The notes beneath the pieces are model-generated. The model saw only the letters and a program-made list of their open reading frames with translations, had not been told where the DNA came from and searched no databases. This document shows, piece by piece, positions 47,402-60,779 of a stretch of DNA of 64,000 nucleotides; position 1 is the first letter of the stretch; each line of letters starts with the position of its first letter. This DNA is from the human T2T-CHM13v2.0 reference genome, Homo sapiens, in assembly GCF_009914755.1 (NCBI RefSeq), contig NC_060934.1. One strand, written 5' to 3'. The position numbers and the translations under genes were made by a program.

Positions 47402-47696
47402 AGCTAATTCAACCTTCTCATTGACTAGATGTGAAACTGGGTTAGTTTAACAGACTTTGGAAACAAGGTATGAAGGAGGGAAAAAACAGGAGCAGTAGTT
47501 ATACAACAAAATAGTTGCATAACTTATATAAACTATAATAATTATAAGACTATAAAAATATTTATGGGAGTAAGATACTTTTAAACAAGATGGGATATTT
47601 TTTCCTGCCCCCTCCCCACCACACCCCCCACCAAAAATAACCGTTTTCTATTTTTTCTGTTCATGTAGTGTCACATTGATTCTATATCGTTACCCA

Positions 47697-47714
47697 CAGT
47701 GCCACCTATTGGTA
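47697..47714 (-). promoter_or_regulatory. Candidate CTCF binding site
   Basis: Minus strand ACCAATAGGTGGCACTG fits the CCASYAGRKGGCRS core with one mismatch, in CpG-retaining unique DNA. Confidence 0.6.
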
Positions 47715-48282
47715 AAATAAAGACGACGTAACCAGTTTTTCTGTAACCCATATTTGGTACCAGAGTCTTAAGAAATCTGCCCTGGATTTTCGCAGGCAGA
47801 TGTTAGAAAGCAGATTGTCTGTGATCCAACTGAAATGGGAGATGAATCACGTGTTTTATGCAGAGATGCTCAAGCTTGTCATTTAGAAGAACTCCAAATA
47901 GGATCTCAAAAGCATGATATCCGACTTCCCCAGTTCGTGGTTCTGCCAACAAAGAGCCTGTGAAACTGCTTAGGGATTCTAAGAATTTAGATTGTTCCCA
48001 CATATTGGGATGCAAATTGTTTTATATGCCATGCTACTCAGGCGTGATTGTTGCTTTTTAGCGACAGCAAGTTGAAGTATTGAGCTCATTTGATAAGTGT
48101 TCTGCCAGTCTTCATGTTATCACACAGGCTATTAAGTGCCAAAAAAGGCATTAGTTTCACTGAATATATTTAATTTTTAAAAGTTAGTTTTATAAGGTTA
48201 GTGAATGTAATTTTCTCTTTCTTCATTATAAGCTTTTCTAGAGAAGGATATTATTTCTACAGAACTAACATAATACCAAATA

Positions 48283-48563
48283 CAGTTGTCTTGATATTGT
48301 GGGGGGAGGATTGGTTTCAGGATCCCCTTAAATACTAAAATCCATGCATGCTCAAGTCCCACAGTGGGCTCTGCTGAACCACAGATATGAAAAGTTGACC
48401 CTCGTGTCCACGGGTTTTGCATCCCAGGAATACTGTTTTTGATCTGCGTTTGGTTGAGAATGAGGAACCTGCAGATGTGGAGGGCCCACTGTATTTATTG
48501 AAAAAAAAAATCTGCATTTAAGCAGACCTGCACAATTCAAACCCATGTTGCTCGAGTCAACTG
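48283..48563. mobile_element. MER8-like (Tigger2 derivative)
   Basis: tacagttgtc ... ggattggtttcagga ... gctcaagtcccacag ... ttcaaacccatgttgctcgagtcaactg. Confidence 0.85.
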
Positions 48564-49304
48564 TGCAAAGTAAGGTGTGGTATATATGGTTGCAGGAGTA
48601 ATTAATACATTTAACAGATATCAGCAATTGGTGCTCAAGTGCACATGCAATAACACACACCCAGAAAGGTACACAGTAGAGATGGATGTGGTAAAGTACA
48701 AACATTGATGACTTCCCTCTTCTATGCTCTTTGAATAAAATGCTAGATTCATGGTGATTGTTATTTGTTTGAAATCAAAAGATTTAGTCATATCCTCCCT
48801 CCCACAAGCTGTTATTGTCCAAATTTTTACGTGTATTACCAGAATGTATTTCTGGTTAGCTTTGCTCACTTTTGAGTTTTTATTTGTTGTGTATTCGATA
48901 CTTGAGGTAGTTTTTGGAGGCAAGCTGTACTGACATTGTTGCAGCTACTCTTCCAGTTATTTAGAGACCAGGTAGTGATCCCAAGTAAGCCACCAGAAGA
49001 CTGATCTGTGATATCCATGTCAGGAAAGACAAAATTGTTCCCCAGTTAAATAAAAAATTAAGTAAATAAAAATGGAAAAACTAGCACCATCGGACATCAT
49101 GCCCTTTTAAAGAAATTGGGGTTTAAAAGCAAGTTGTATTTAGATTGAAGGGCTATGGGGACAAAAATCCAAAATCTATCCACCAAGGAGAGGCAAGTTA
49201 AAGGCTTGAAAGCAAAGAGTACACCACAGGCTGGAAGACTCTTGGTTGGGAGAGAAGGGTCAGGAAGGAGCTCGGGAAGAATGATTCTTAAAAACTAGCA
49301 CCAA

Positions 49305-49545
49305 GGATGGGTAGGAGCACTAGCCCTGGAGCTGGACATCTAGGGTTCAAATTCTGGGAGCTTTGTCAGATACTGAGGCATTCAGAATGGTGGGTGGGAA
49401 CACTAGTCTTGCAGCTGTACAGCCTTGATTCAAATCCTGCTTCCCCCTATTATAGCTGTGAGATCTCGGTTTCCTTACCCAAAGATGGGTAGACTCAATT
49501 TAGTATGACTGTTCTGTGAATTCCATGAAATAATAAATACAAATA
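49305..49545 (+). mobile_element. MIR fragments
   Basis: ccctggagctggacatctagggttcaaattctg; ttcaaatcctgcttc ... agctgtgaga. Confidence 0.6.
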
Positions 49546-49583
49546 GGATGATCATAGGTCTTGAATGGCTAATTTAGCTCCAG

Positions 49584-49614
49584 ATTTCTTTTTCTTTTCT
49601 TTTCTTTTCTTTTT
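49584..49614. repeat. (TTTTC)n
   Basis: About 5 units. Confidence 0.9.
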
Positions 49615-50563
49615 AAAGTGAGATATTATATAAGCCACGATGGATTTGGTAAACCTCCCTTTGATTTGCAGCTGTGGTCATGGTCTCTTCCTGTGTTCAT
49701 TGAGACTAAATTTGGAGTTCACCAGGGATAATCCTGCTTTTTTTTCCTGACTCTTTCCAGATATAATTTAACTAATGTAATGTCTACCTTTCAAGGACAG
49801 CATATTAGGCTTTGACTGTAAAACAAAGTGCACAGGGGAATGTGGTCTAGGCACATGTAGCTCCTGATGTGGAGTGGCTGTAGGAGAAATATTCAGCACT
49901 AATGTCCCTACCAATATATTTGTTGGCAGCCACTTGAGCCTAGCTCTATGTTTATATTAATATCTTCAAAATGTTTGAGGCTACAAGGAATTTAATCGGT
50001 GAGATGAGTGGGGGAAATGTGAATTATTATGGAGTAGGTTTATCTTAACTATTTTGTGTGGAAAACAGAAGCTGAGAAATCTTTCTAGTTTGAGTTTATC
50101 AAGAAAGGCTGGATGCTCTCAGTGTAGTTTTGTCATTTATCATAGTAGAAATGTACACCTGCTTATTTATTTTATGTTTTGGCACAAACTTTTTTTTTGC
50201 AATGAATTCTTTCTGTAGCAAAAAGGTAAAAAAAATTAACTGGCGGATTTCTAAAAATTTGATAATGAATGTGTAACTTGCATACAGCATTCATTAGTAT
50301 TTACTATTTACTGTGGATGTATTGAAATCACTAGCTACATGGCAACGAGGAGACCCAAATCTGCTGAAGATTCAAAAATAGGCAGTTGAATTCTCCACTT
50401 CAAAAGTTGATAGTTATTTTAAGAAGACTGTTCATTAAGATGATGATTTAGCACGTGCTAAAGAAGCACATGCTAAAGCTACAAAAGATGTGTTTTTATA
50501 TTACTGTGAAGCAGTTTTCATTTAGATCTAGTGTCTTATTTTAAATTAATTTCATTCATTTTT

Positions 50564-50859
50564 ATTTTTATTTATTTATTATTATTTTTTAAGAGAGAGT
50601 CTTGCTCTGTCACCCAGGCTAGAGTGCAGTGGCAAGATCCTGGGTCACTGCAACTTTTACCTCCTGGGTTCAAGTGATTCTTCCTGCCTCAGCCACCCGA
50701 GTAGCTGGGACCACCATGCCCGGCTAATTTTTGTATTTTTAGTAGAGATGGGGTTTCACCATGTTGGCCAGGCTGGTCTCGAACTCCTAGCCTCAAGAGA
50801 TCCACCCACTCCAGCCTCCCCACATGCTGGGATTACAGGCGTGAGGCACTGCGCCAGCC
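50564..50859 (-). mobile_element. AluS with a small internal deletion
   Basis: Antisense dimer with a (TTTA)n tail; TSD tca(t/c)t(c/t)attttt. Confidence 0.93.
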
Positions 50860-50992
50860 TCACTTATTTTTAAGTTTCCTTGTGCACATAAGAAAAATTA
50901 GGTAAAATCTTCAAAACACTGTCCCTTCTGGCAAAAGATAAACTTTGCAAACATTCAAATGATTCTGATTTTATGTCAGTATCACTAGATGC

Positions 50993-51452
50993 TGTATTAG
51001 TTTCCTATTGCTGCTGTAACAAATTACTACATAACAACATAAATGTATTATTTTATAGTCCTGGAGATCAAAAGTCTGAAACGAATCTAACAGATTAAAA
51101 TCAAAGTGTCAGCAGGTCTGTATTTTTCTTAAAGTTCCATGGAAAAAATCTGTTTTTTTGCCTTTTCACTGTTTCTGGAGGCACCCTGCACTCATTGGCT
51201 TGTGACCCTATCAAAGACCATCACTTTAACCTGAGCTTCCGTTGTCGTGTATCCTTTTGCTGACATTGACCCTCTTGCTTCCCTCTTGTAATGATCCTGG
51301 TGTTTGGGTTCACTGGATAATTCAGGATAATCCCTCCACCTCAAGATTCTTAATCACATCTTCAAAATCCCTTTGCCAAGTAAAGTAACGTGCATAGGTT
51401 CTGAGGATTAGGATGTAAACATCTTTAAAGGCTCAATATTCTGCCTAACACA
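50993..51452 (-). mobile_element. MLT1C/D solo LTR
   Basis: tgtattagtttcctattgctgctgtaacaaattac ... attctgcctaacaca; perfect 5-bp TSD gatgc. Confidence 0.9.
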
Positions 51453-52195
51453 GATGCTTCAAATACATCTTTATGTTCATTCCAATAACAGTTTGATGAC
51501 AGCATTGAATTAAATAAAGCTTGCCCTTATTGTGAATGTTAATGTAAATTCAGTTTGAAAGTTCAGCGTTGATGGTAAAGTTATTTGTTTTCAAAGTGAT
51601 TACAAATTTGGCAGAGCCATGTCATCGTGACAACAATGTTCTTACAAAATTAAGAGATTTATGGAGCAGAAATGTATTTGAAACAGGTTGTGGTGTAAAA
51701 ATAATTCATGTGCCCATAATTGAGTCCCAAGAAACTAGAATATACTAACAATAAAAATAGATGATCCAGTTATCAAATTTTATAGGTACACACACGCATA
51801 AACACACAGAGAAAAACTGAACTGAAAAACCTTTATGATAGAACTGACATTAAATTTAAAAAAGTAAAACAACCCTCCAGTATCACAGTCTTCCTTTTGT
51901 TGCCCAGCTTCAACTGCATCCAAAAATATCTGAGGCACTGGAGGACTCACTTGTAAATAAACCTGAGTGTCCTACAATGGCATTCAATTCCTTTGTACAT
52001 GAGTCATTTGGTTGCAGTTTTATTTAAAATCAGTTGGAAACGTTTAATCAAAGTATTCAAAAATTGGAAACCCAAAAAACTGAAGCTTTTAGAAAATTGT
52101 AATTATTGAAAGCAAAGCATGAATATAGGCATTGAAATTTGTTCTTATAAAAGCATGGAATAAACAGAATAAATTAAAATTTGAAAGCTCAAAAA

Positions 52196-52540
52196 TTTTT
52201 TAAATTTATATTTTAAGTTCAGGGGTACGTATGCAGGTTTGTTCTGTAGGTAAACTTGTCTCTTTGTTTTTGTACAGATTATTTCATCAATGAGGTATTA
52301 AGCCTAGTTACCATTAGTTATTTTTCCGGATTCTTTCTCTCTTCCCACTCTCCACCCTCTGATATGCCCCAGTTGTGTGTAGTTCCTCACTATGTGTCCA
52401 TGTGTTCTCATGATTTAGCTTTCATTTATAAGTGAAAACATGCAGTATTGGTTTTCTGTTCCTGCATTAGTTTGCTAAGGATAATGGCCTCCAGCTCCAT
52501 CCATGGCCCTGCAAAGGACATGATCTCATTCTTTCTTATG
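52196..52540 (-). mobile_element. L1PA11-13-like 3' end
   Basis: taagttcaggggtac ... gcaaaggacatgatctcattc; TSD gaaagctcaaa at 52183 and 52541. Confidence 0.9.
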
Positions 52541-53920
52541 GAAAGCTCAAATTGTATGTAAGATTTAATTTTGAAAACCTGTGATTGCACTTTGAACTAT
52601 CTTGTTTTCTGGGAAGAATCATTTGATGATGTTCCTGTTTTAAATTTGATACATTTATATTCTGTTTCAGAATATAACAACATTAAGAAGGAAGTTCTAT
52701 GATTTTCAAAAGAATCATATAGCAAAACAAGGTATTTGATGAGATTTGTCTTTCAGAAATAGTTGCTGACAAAGCATAGTTTGAAGGGAGGCACCAGGCA
52801 GTAACAGTAAAAATATCTGGATGAAAGTATTTACAAATTCCAATATGAAAAAAATTACAATTGAGAATATCCTCCACTTAGCAGTCTGTTCTTATCTATT
52901 CAGATATTTTTGTAACTGTAGAAAGAATATTTTGTCAAAAATGGTGTGATCTAGAGAGAAGAGTTAGTTGCGAATGTCAACAATTTCAAAATTAGAAACC
53001 TTAAAATGTAATTTTGAAGATTGCAGTCAGTTCTGTGAAGAAACAAGATATGTAAAAATACATTCTTTAGAAAGTACCTCTAATATGCATTAGAAAGAGA
53101 TATAAACATAGATTCAATTATATAGTTATGCACCAAGAATAATTATTCTAATTATGTGATTTTTAGTACTCAAATAATCAATGTAAATGTTTTTAATTTT
53201 AATTTTGCATTAATATATGTGAATGTATTTTATATTTTAATGACAGAAACATAAATCATTTCTGAATGGAACCATTTCATAGGTGTTTCATATTTCATAA
53301 GCTGATTAGCAAATACATATTCATGATTTTATATGATTGATAATTTCAGCAACCCTTTCCATCTGCAAACAGTACCTGGCTCATTGTAATCTCTTATTAT
53401 TACCATAAGCAGCTTAGTGAGGAACCTTCTGAGACACCTAACCTTTAATAATTCCTTTCTCTGTGGCCTGTGGAACACTTTCTTACATATGAATTCAACA
53501 TTTTTTTGTGTCATTTTCTGCTTTAATCTGTTTCATACATGCTTTTTCTTTTTCCATGTCATAAATGGCATGTCCTATTAACACTTTTTCTTTCCGTATT
53601 TCCTTACTTTAACTGGCATTTTATGTCAATGCCATTTCTTTCAAAGTATTATGCAGCAGACACCAAACTTTCTCCCAATTCCTTTAACTTCTCCTGGAGG
53701 AAGGGCTGACTTTGCTTATGCTATGGCTGTGTTTGTACACTGTGTGTACAGCCCCATGATTCACAGATGAGGGAGCAAGCACAGGCTGAAATTCTATAGG
53801 GCTCTCTTCACCTATTTGTGCAAAAGAGTCACCTATGCCAGCAGCGCCCTGGTGTGCCACTTTCACTCTCCTTTAGAAGCCTCTGCTCTTTGTCCAGGCC
53901 AGCCTTTCCTCATCCTTGTC

Positions 53921-54681
53921 AATGCTCAGCATCACTGGTCATCAGAGAAATGCAAATCAAAACCACAATGACATACCATCTCATACCAGTTAGAATGGCA
54001 ATCATTAAAAAGTCAGGAAACAACAGGTGCTGGAGAGGATGTGGAGAAAAAGGAACACATTTACACTGTTGGTGGGACGGTAAACTAGTTCAACCATTGT
54101 GGAAGTCAGTGTGGCGATTCCTCAGGGATCTAGAACTAGAAATACCATTTGACCCAGCCATCCAATTACTGGGTATATACCCAAAGGATTATAAATCTTG
54201 CTGCTATAAAGACACATGCACACGTATGTTTATTGCAGCACTATTCACAATAGCAAAGACTTGGAACCAACCCAAATGTCCAATAATGATAGACTGGATT
54301 AAGAAAATGTGGCACGTATATACCAATGGAATACTATGCAGCCATAAAAAAGGATGAGTTCATGTCCTTTGTAGGGACATGGATGAAGCTGGAAACCATC
54401 ATTCTCAGCAAACTATTGCAAGGACAAAAAACCAAACACCACATGTTCTCACTCATAGGTGGGAATTGAACAATGAGAACACGTGGACACAGGAAGGGGA
54501 ACATCACACACTGAGGCCTGTTGTGGGGTGGGGGATGGGGGAGGGATAGCATTAGGAGATATACCTAATGTATACGACGTGTTAATGGGTGCAGCACACC
54601 AACATGGCACATGTATACATATGTAACTAACCTGCATGTTGTGCACATGTACCCTAAAACCTAAAGTATAAAAAAAAAAAA
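53921..54681 (+). mobile_element. 5'-truncated L1PA4/5 (ORF2 C-terminus, 3'UTR, poly(A))
   Basis: [10 protein letters not shown] ... [16 protein letters not shown] in frame; 3'UTR ending ctaaagtata followed by poly(A); no TSD visible. Confidence 0.96.
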
Positions 54682-55214
54682 GATTGTTTTCTAAACTCCA
54701 GAGCCATTTCTCCGTATCTTCAATGGCCTCAGCCCATTGGCCTTGACATTATTCTTTATGACTTCAGTATTGTTGACTTCACAGCCTTTTTACTTCTTCA
54801 ACTCCAAAATAGCACTGTCGTTTCCTAGTTGGAATCCCGCCGTTCCTCAGAAAGTTTCCTTCCCTAGCGTCATGGGTTTTTACATGGCTTTTGTGACCAC
54901 AATCATCTTCACCACTCCTCCCCTCTTTCTTGCAGAATGTGCCTTCCATATGCCTCACCTCAGGACCTCAATGTTTTGGTGCTTCTTCATTTTCTCAGTT
55001 CATCACCTGCTTTAGGCTTTATTTACCTTCCTTTGTCATCAGAATCCCACCAGCCATTCTCAGTGATTCTGTTCACTAACTGCTTAGAAATCTTTCTCTG
55101 TTGGAGAAAGCGTTACAGAAGCCTTAGAGCTTAAGACAGTGTTTAGCCGTTTCCTTCTTACTAATACTTGAATTTGAAAGTCTTGACTATCTTCTTTATT
55201 GCCTTCTAGAGTTT

Positions 55215-55352
55215 TGTTACTCAAAATGGAAGCCATGGATCAGCCTCTGGGAACTTGTTAGAGATGCAGATCTTGCCTTATGCCAGACCCATGAGTTGGA
55301 ATCTGCCTTTTAACATTATTCACGCTGAAGATGGACAGGCACTGCTCTAGAG
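55215..55352. mobile_element. MER5A
   Basis: gttactcaaa ... ctgggaacttgttagagatgcaga ... gcactgctctagag. Confidence 0.7.
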
Positions 55353-55653
55353 TACCAGGAGACCAAGGCCAACTGTAAAGATTATTCTTTACTACTTCTT
55401 TGGCAAGCCAGATAAACTCTAGGAGTGGGTGAATGGTTGGCTCCAGGCTATGTAGGCACAGCAAGGAGCAGAAGAAAGAGCAGGACTGTGGGGATGCCAT
55501 GCATGGGAGGAATGGGGGAGAAGAAGAGGCATAGACACAAAGACTGTGAAAATGATCATTTCAGAGACCCTAAATTACTCACACATACATTCAATTCCTG
55601 TGTGTGCTGAGTGGCGATGGTGATGATGGTATTAATAATAATAGTAATAATTA

Positions 55654-55974
<321 letters not shown>

Positions 55975-56949
55975 TTAAAAATTGTTCATCCCAAATTATG
56001 AAAACAGAATCTGCACTTCAATGAGAACACTAGATAACTCATACATATAATAAAATTTGAGAGGTATTTTCTAAAGTAGTGGTTTTTAAAGAACTGTTGT
56101 GTGAAATCACTTTAATGATTCTAAAACAGCAGCAATGACAATAAAATGGATTAAAATAGAATACATAGAAAATATCAGGGTATGATTAAAAAACATGGTA
56201 AATGTTAACATTGGTTTGGGAATTTTTCAGTAATATTTGTGTGTGCTCAATTATGATATAAAGTAAATTTCTTACTTGGGTAAAAATGGTTGGTAAATCT
56301 CATCTAGACAATTTTTCAGTAGCAAATGCAAAACCAGGCTGAAGAAGTCTACTCAATTTCTGGCATCTCTTGTCAATCCTGCCTTCATTTCTCCCTAGAA
56401 ATCTTAATCATCATCATGCCTCATAACTTTGTGAGAAAGAAAAGGTGGAACTGTGATTCATTCAAGTGAGATTCACACAAAACCCATCAGAGTACAGATA
56501 AAAGTACTACCCATTGGTCTAAAGTAGAATTTCTAAGTCTTTTCTGAGAATTATTCCTCAGAGAATAAGGATATATAACTCAAGCCTTTTCCCTGTAATT
56601 TTGGAGTTTCTTTGAAACCACTTTATTTTCCTTTAAAATTTATGCAAAGTCATATGAAAGAACTTTTACAAATCAATAAGAAAAAGACAATCCTATAGAA
56701 AAATAGCAAAAAGTCTCAAAGTGTTATATTGTATAAGAAAATATGCAAATAGTCAAATAACATATAAAAAGGAGCTCAAAACCATTAGTTTTCAGAGAAA
56801 TGAAAAAGGCAAATCAAAACTACAATGCAATACAATTGTATTCCCACTAGAATGGCTAAAATATAAATATTCACAACAACCAGTTTATGACTAGGATTAA
56901 ACAGCAGGATCTCTTATACTCTGCCGATAGGATACAAATTAGCACCATT

Positions 56950-57111
56950 TCTTTTTTCTTAAAAAAGACCTCTTTATTTGGAATTGATTTTAAACTTACA
57001 GAAAAGTTGGAAAATTGAAAATAGTTAAAACAGTATAAAGAATACCTGTATACTTACCAAGATAATCAATTGCTAAATTTTACTCTGTTTGCTTTATTTG
57101 CCCATTCTCTT

Positions 57112-57148
<37 letters not shown>

Positions 57149-57515
57149 ATATTTATTTATATATTTTTCTTTAATTCCCTGAACCATTATGTTATATATA
57201 TCATGGCCCTTGACCTCAAAATACTACAATGTGTCTTCCCTAAAAGTAAGACTGTTTTCTTACATCAACATAGTGCAGTTATCAGCTTCAGTAAACTTTA
57301 ACATTGATATAATGCTTTTCAATTTTGAACTTACCTTTAATACGTTTAACTTTTAATTTTGTTAATTCAACTAATAATGTCCATCACAACACTTTTTCTT
57401 TTAGATCATGATCCAGTATAGGATCAAGTATTACATTTAGTTGTCATGTCTCTTTAACCTCTTTAATCTAGAACATTTCTACAACCTTTTTTTTTGTCTT
57501 TTATGACATTATATA
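56950..57515 (-). mobile_element. L1MC4-like 3' end
   Basis: ttttaaacttacagaaaagttg ... catttagttgtcatgtctcttta. Confidence 0.75.
57114..57147. repeat. (CA)n microsatellite
   Basis: About 16 units. Confidence 0.95.
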
Positions 57516-57776
57516 AAGAATAGAGCCCCTATTTTTATAAAATAGGTTGATGCAATCACTTTTAAAACCTTGTTTTATAAGAAATTTCGAACAGATAAAA
57601 AGAAAATAAATTGTATTATGAACTCTCATGTATGACTCACTCAGCTTCAACAATCATCAATTTTTATTTTTTTATTTATTTATTTTTTGCTATCCTTGTT
57701 TCATTTGTACTTATGCTCACTGGTGTAGCTAGTTTTGAAAACTTTGAAGCTGACCATATTGTATACATGATTAATC

Positions 57777-57945
57777 ATCTGATATATATATCAGATATAT
57801 CATCTGATATATATATATCAGATATATCAGATGATATATATATATCAGATATATCAGATTATATATATATATCAGATATATCAGATTATATATATATATC
57901 AGATGATGTGTATATATATATATGTGATATATATATATATATATC
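57777..57945. repeat. Palindromic AT-rich minisatellite, (AT)n with tcaga
   Basis: Repeated atatatcag units in both orientations. Confidence 0.92.
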
Positions 57946-60779
57946 TCCATCCCCAACAGAAGTACATGTGTAAGTACCTAAGAAAATATGGACTAGAGTA
58001 TTCACAGCAGTTTTGATCATAAATGCCAAAAGCTAGAAATAATGTAAATACTCTTGACTACTAGAATGGCTAGACAACTTGTGATCTATTATGGAGTACC
58101 ACACAGCAATGGAAAGGAATAAGCTAATGCTACATGCAAAACATTGATGAATCTCACAAATATGATTCTAAACAAAAGAAGAACAGAGTATTTGGCTGAA
58201 AACAAGCAACGTGAATGAATCCATAGCATTAGATGTCAGAATAGTTTTTACTTTTGGAGGGGGTGTAGTGATGGACAAAATCATAATAAAGGTTTCCAGG
58301 ATTTGGCAATACTCTATTTCTTAACGTGGGTTGTGCTTGTGTCCATTTTAGAAAAATTTATAGAGCTATCCAATAATTTTCCACTTCTCTATGTCCATTT
58401 AATTTTAATTTAATGCAAATTATTTTTAAAGATTTATATGAAGTTTATTTTCTACTTCTTAATATATCTGTACTCATTTTAATATAAAGATATTTCAAAG
58501 TATTCAAAATCATTAAAAAACATTTTACTTATCTTTTTGTTACCAAATCTACAAATTTAGAAAATCGATTTGAAGTAATAAAGCTTTGAATTCAGGCAGT
58601 TTCTCTTTTTTTATCTTATTGTCAAAATATTTTGAGCACTCCAATATAAAAGAATAAATGTTAAGAGTTTTATTCACTGTCTTTACAGCTATATGAGTAA
58701 TTACTTCAGTCTACTGTTGATAAAAATGTTGATATATCTATCTTTTGTTAATGGATCAAGTTGCTCTTGTTATACAGTGAACTGAATGGCTCTTTACCTC
58801 TTACACAATCTCACAGGAACACTTCATCCTAATGTACACTTCATTTTATTATAGCACCTTGTCATGTGCAGTAAAAATATTCATTTTGTCATAGAGTTGC
58901 TGATTGAGTGTTCAGCCTTGAAAAAATATTTGCTATTAAAATGAACTGTGCAAGTCAGTCTTAAAAATTAAGTACTATTTCACACATGCAATAACACAGT
59001 TTGTAGGCATCCAGGAATCCACTATCTAGATATAACGCATTTTACCATTTTGCCAATTTGCTGCAGATCTTTGTTAAATTAAATTAAATGAAGTTATATC
59101 TACAGATTCTTTCAAAGCTTTCTGTTTCCTGTCTTATTCTCCATAAATGTCTTCTCTCTTCTTCCCTCCCTCCAAGTACAATTCTCCTGAAGTTAGTGCA
59201 TGTTTTTACAATTATGTTCTTACCCTTTTATGATATGTATGAGCATGTGTAATAATATGTTTCATATGTTTAACATTTTTTACATAAATGGTCCTATACT
59301 TTGTGTGTATATATATATAATCTTTTGCATTTACTTTTTGCACATCTTATATTTGGGATCAGATAGTTTAAAAGTATTCTGTTTGATAAATATGCAATAA
59401 TTAACTTAACCATTCCCATATTATCAGTTGTTAACCACTGTGTGCTATTGCAGCAATGCTGTTCTTGAGCTGAGTGGTTATTGCACTGCGGTCATACCTC
59501 TGGTCATATACTGAAGGTGAGATTGCTATGCTGAATCATGTCAAATCCACCTTATTTCTTTACTAGCTCTTACCTGATGGCTAAGAAGTGTACCAATTTA
59601 TACTTATAACACGTGGTAAATGGAAGTTCTCATTTCCCTACATGCACTTGGTTCTGTTAGACATTTAAACTTCAGTTGTGAGTTTCTGTTTATTATTAAA
59701 CAGTAGATTAATTGACCTTATCTACATTTTCATCTGCTTTTATATTTTTTTCCTGTGTGAAGAAATGTAGAATTTAATATCCCCAAATTCTGACCTGTCC
59801 CTTACTTCTAGTTACCCAAGGTAACTGTAGAGTATCAAACAGTTAAAGCTATTTCTCATCTTGGTAATAATCTGTCTTTTAAAATAAGTATCAGAATTAC
59901 TTTTTTGTGGTTTTTACAGTTCTGATTTGATATAGGGTTTTTTTTTTAACAACATTTTGTATTTTTGCCACTTCATTGGAAATGTCAGTTCTGCCCACAG
60001 CAATTCCTAGGGTATCACTGAACACGAAGCCTCCCAGGAGCACAGACTGAAAGTCACTGATCTGGTCAGACTGAAGTAAATGGAACAGAGGCACAGAAGT
60101 TGCTTCTTTCTAAGGGTTCCCTAGTGGGACCCACATGAGGCAGCGGCACTTTGGAGCAACAGGATCAGCCCAAGATTCAACCCTGCCAGTCTCTAGTGAC
60201 AAGCTTCTGCCTAGGGGAAGGTGCAGGCTGATCCTGTCACATGGAATGTGTGATCAATGCTTGCCATGGCTTCATTAGCACCTCCAGGAGCTGAAAAACA
60301 CTGTTGCTATGAACCAAGGTGAAATGATCTGCCTCACATTCCAGCAAGCTACACTCAACCTTGCTGTTACTCAGCAGTCTGTTTTATGAATCTCACGCTG
60401 CCTCCCTGAGGTTCCAGATCATACTCATTTTCTACTCAAACCATCCTTTACTCTTGTAAAAGTAGCACCATCCTCCTTTTCATTCAGACTCAAATGCCTG
60501 ACACATAGGCTGAATTTATTATGTTCCATTGCATGTCTTCTAAACTGGAAACCATTGGAACAATGCCACCTCAACAGTTTCTCTTGAAGAAACTGCTTTC
60601 TGACTTATTCATCCTGTGATCATTCTGCTTTGGTCCTACTTACATCTTTCACTTGGTATATTAGTTGCAATGTTCCTCCATAGTGCTCTTGGCATTGCTC
60701 TCATGGATGCAGAAATAGTGGACTCAGCTCTAAACAGTTCATCTTCAATGACTTTATTTTTCTTATACATCTGTTTTTA

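Larger units (their letters stand above)
50300..53250 (+). mobile_element. BLACKJACK-like hAT transposon internal (transposase) fossil, interrupted three times
   Basis: caaatctgctgaaga, acttcaaaagtt ... tagttattttaagaagactgt, tgtgaagcagttttcatttagatc, tcagtatcactagatgcttcaaata recalled as BLACKJACK transposase sequence; boundaries approximate. Confidence 0.65.
56655..58430 (+). mobile_element. L1ME-type ORF2 end and 3'UTR, interrupted by antisense L1 pieces (56950-57775) and an AT repeat
   Basis: caaatcaataagaaaaagac, aaatcaaaactacaatg; resumes tattcacagcag ... atgaatctcacaaatatg. Confidence 0.7.

Noticed and set aside
53838-53858. CTCF-like gcagcgccctggtgtgc
   Set aside because: Mismatches at the core YAG positions
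53818-54357. 179-aa flank-L1 chimeric ORF
   Set aside because: Non-ATG (GTG) start, mostly L1 ORF2 C-terminus, no promoter or splice support
57611-58016. ORFs with YISDISD or IYIY repeats
   Set aside because: Artefacts of the AT-rich minisatellite
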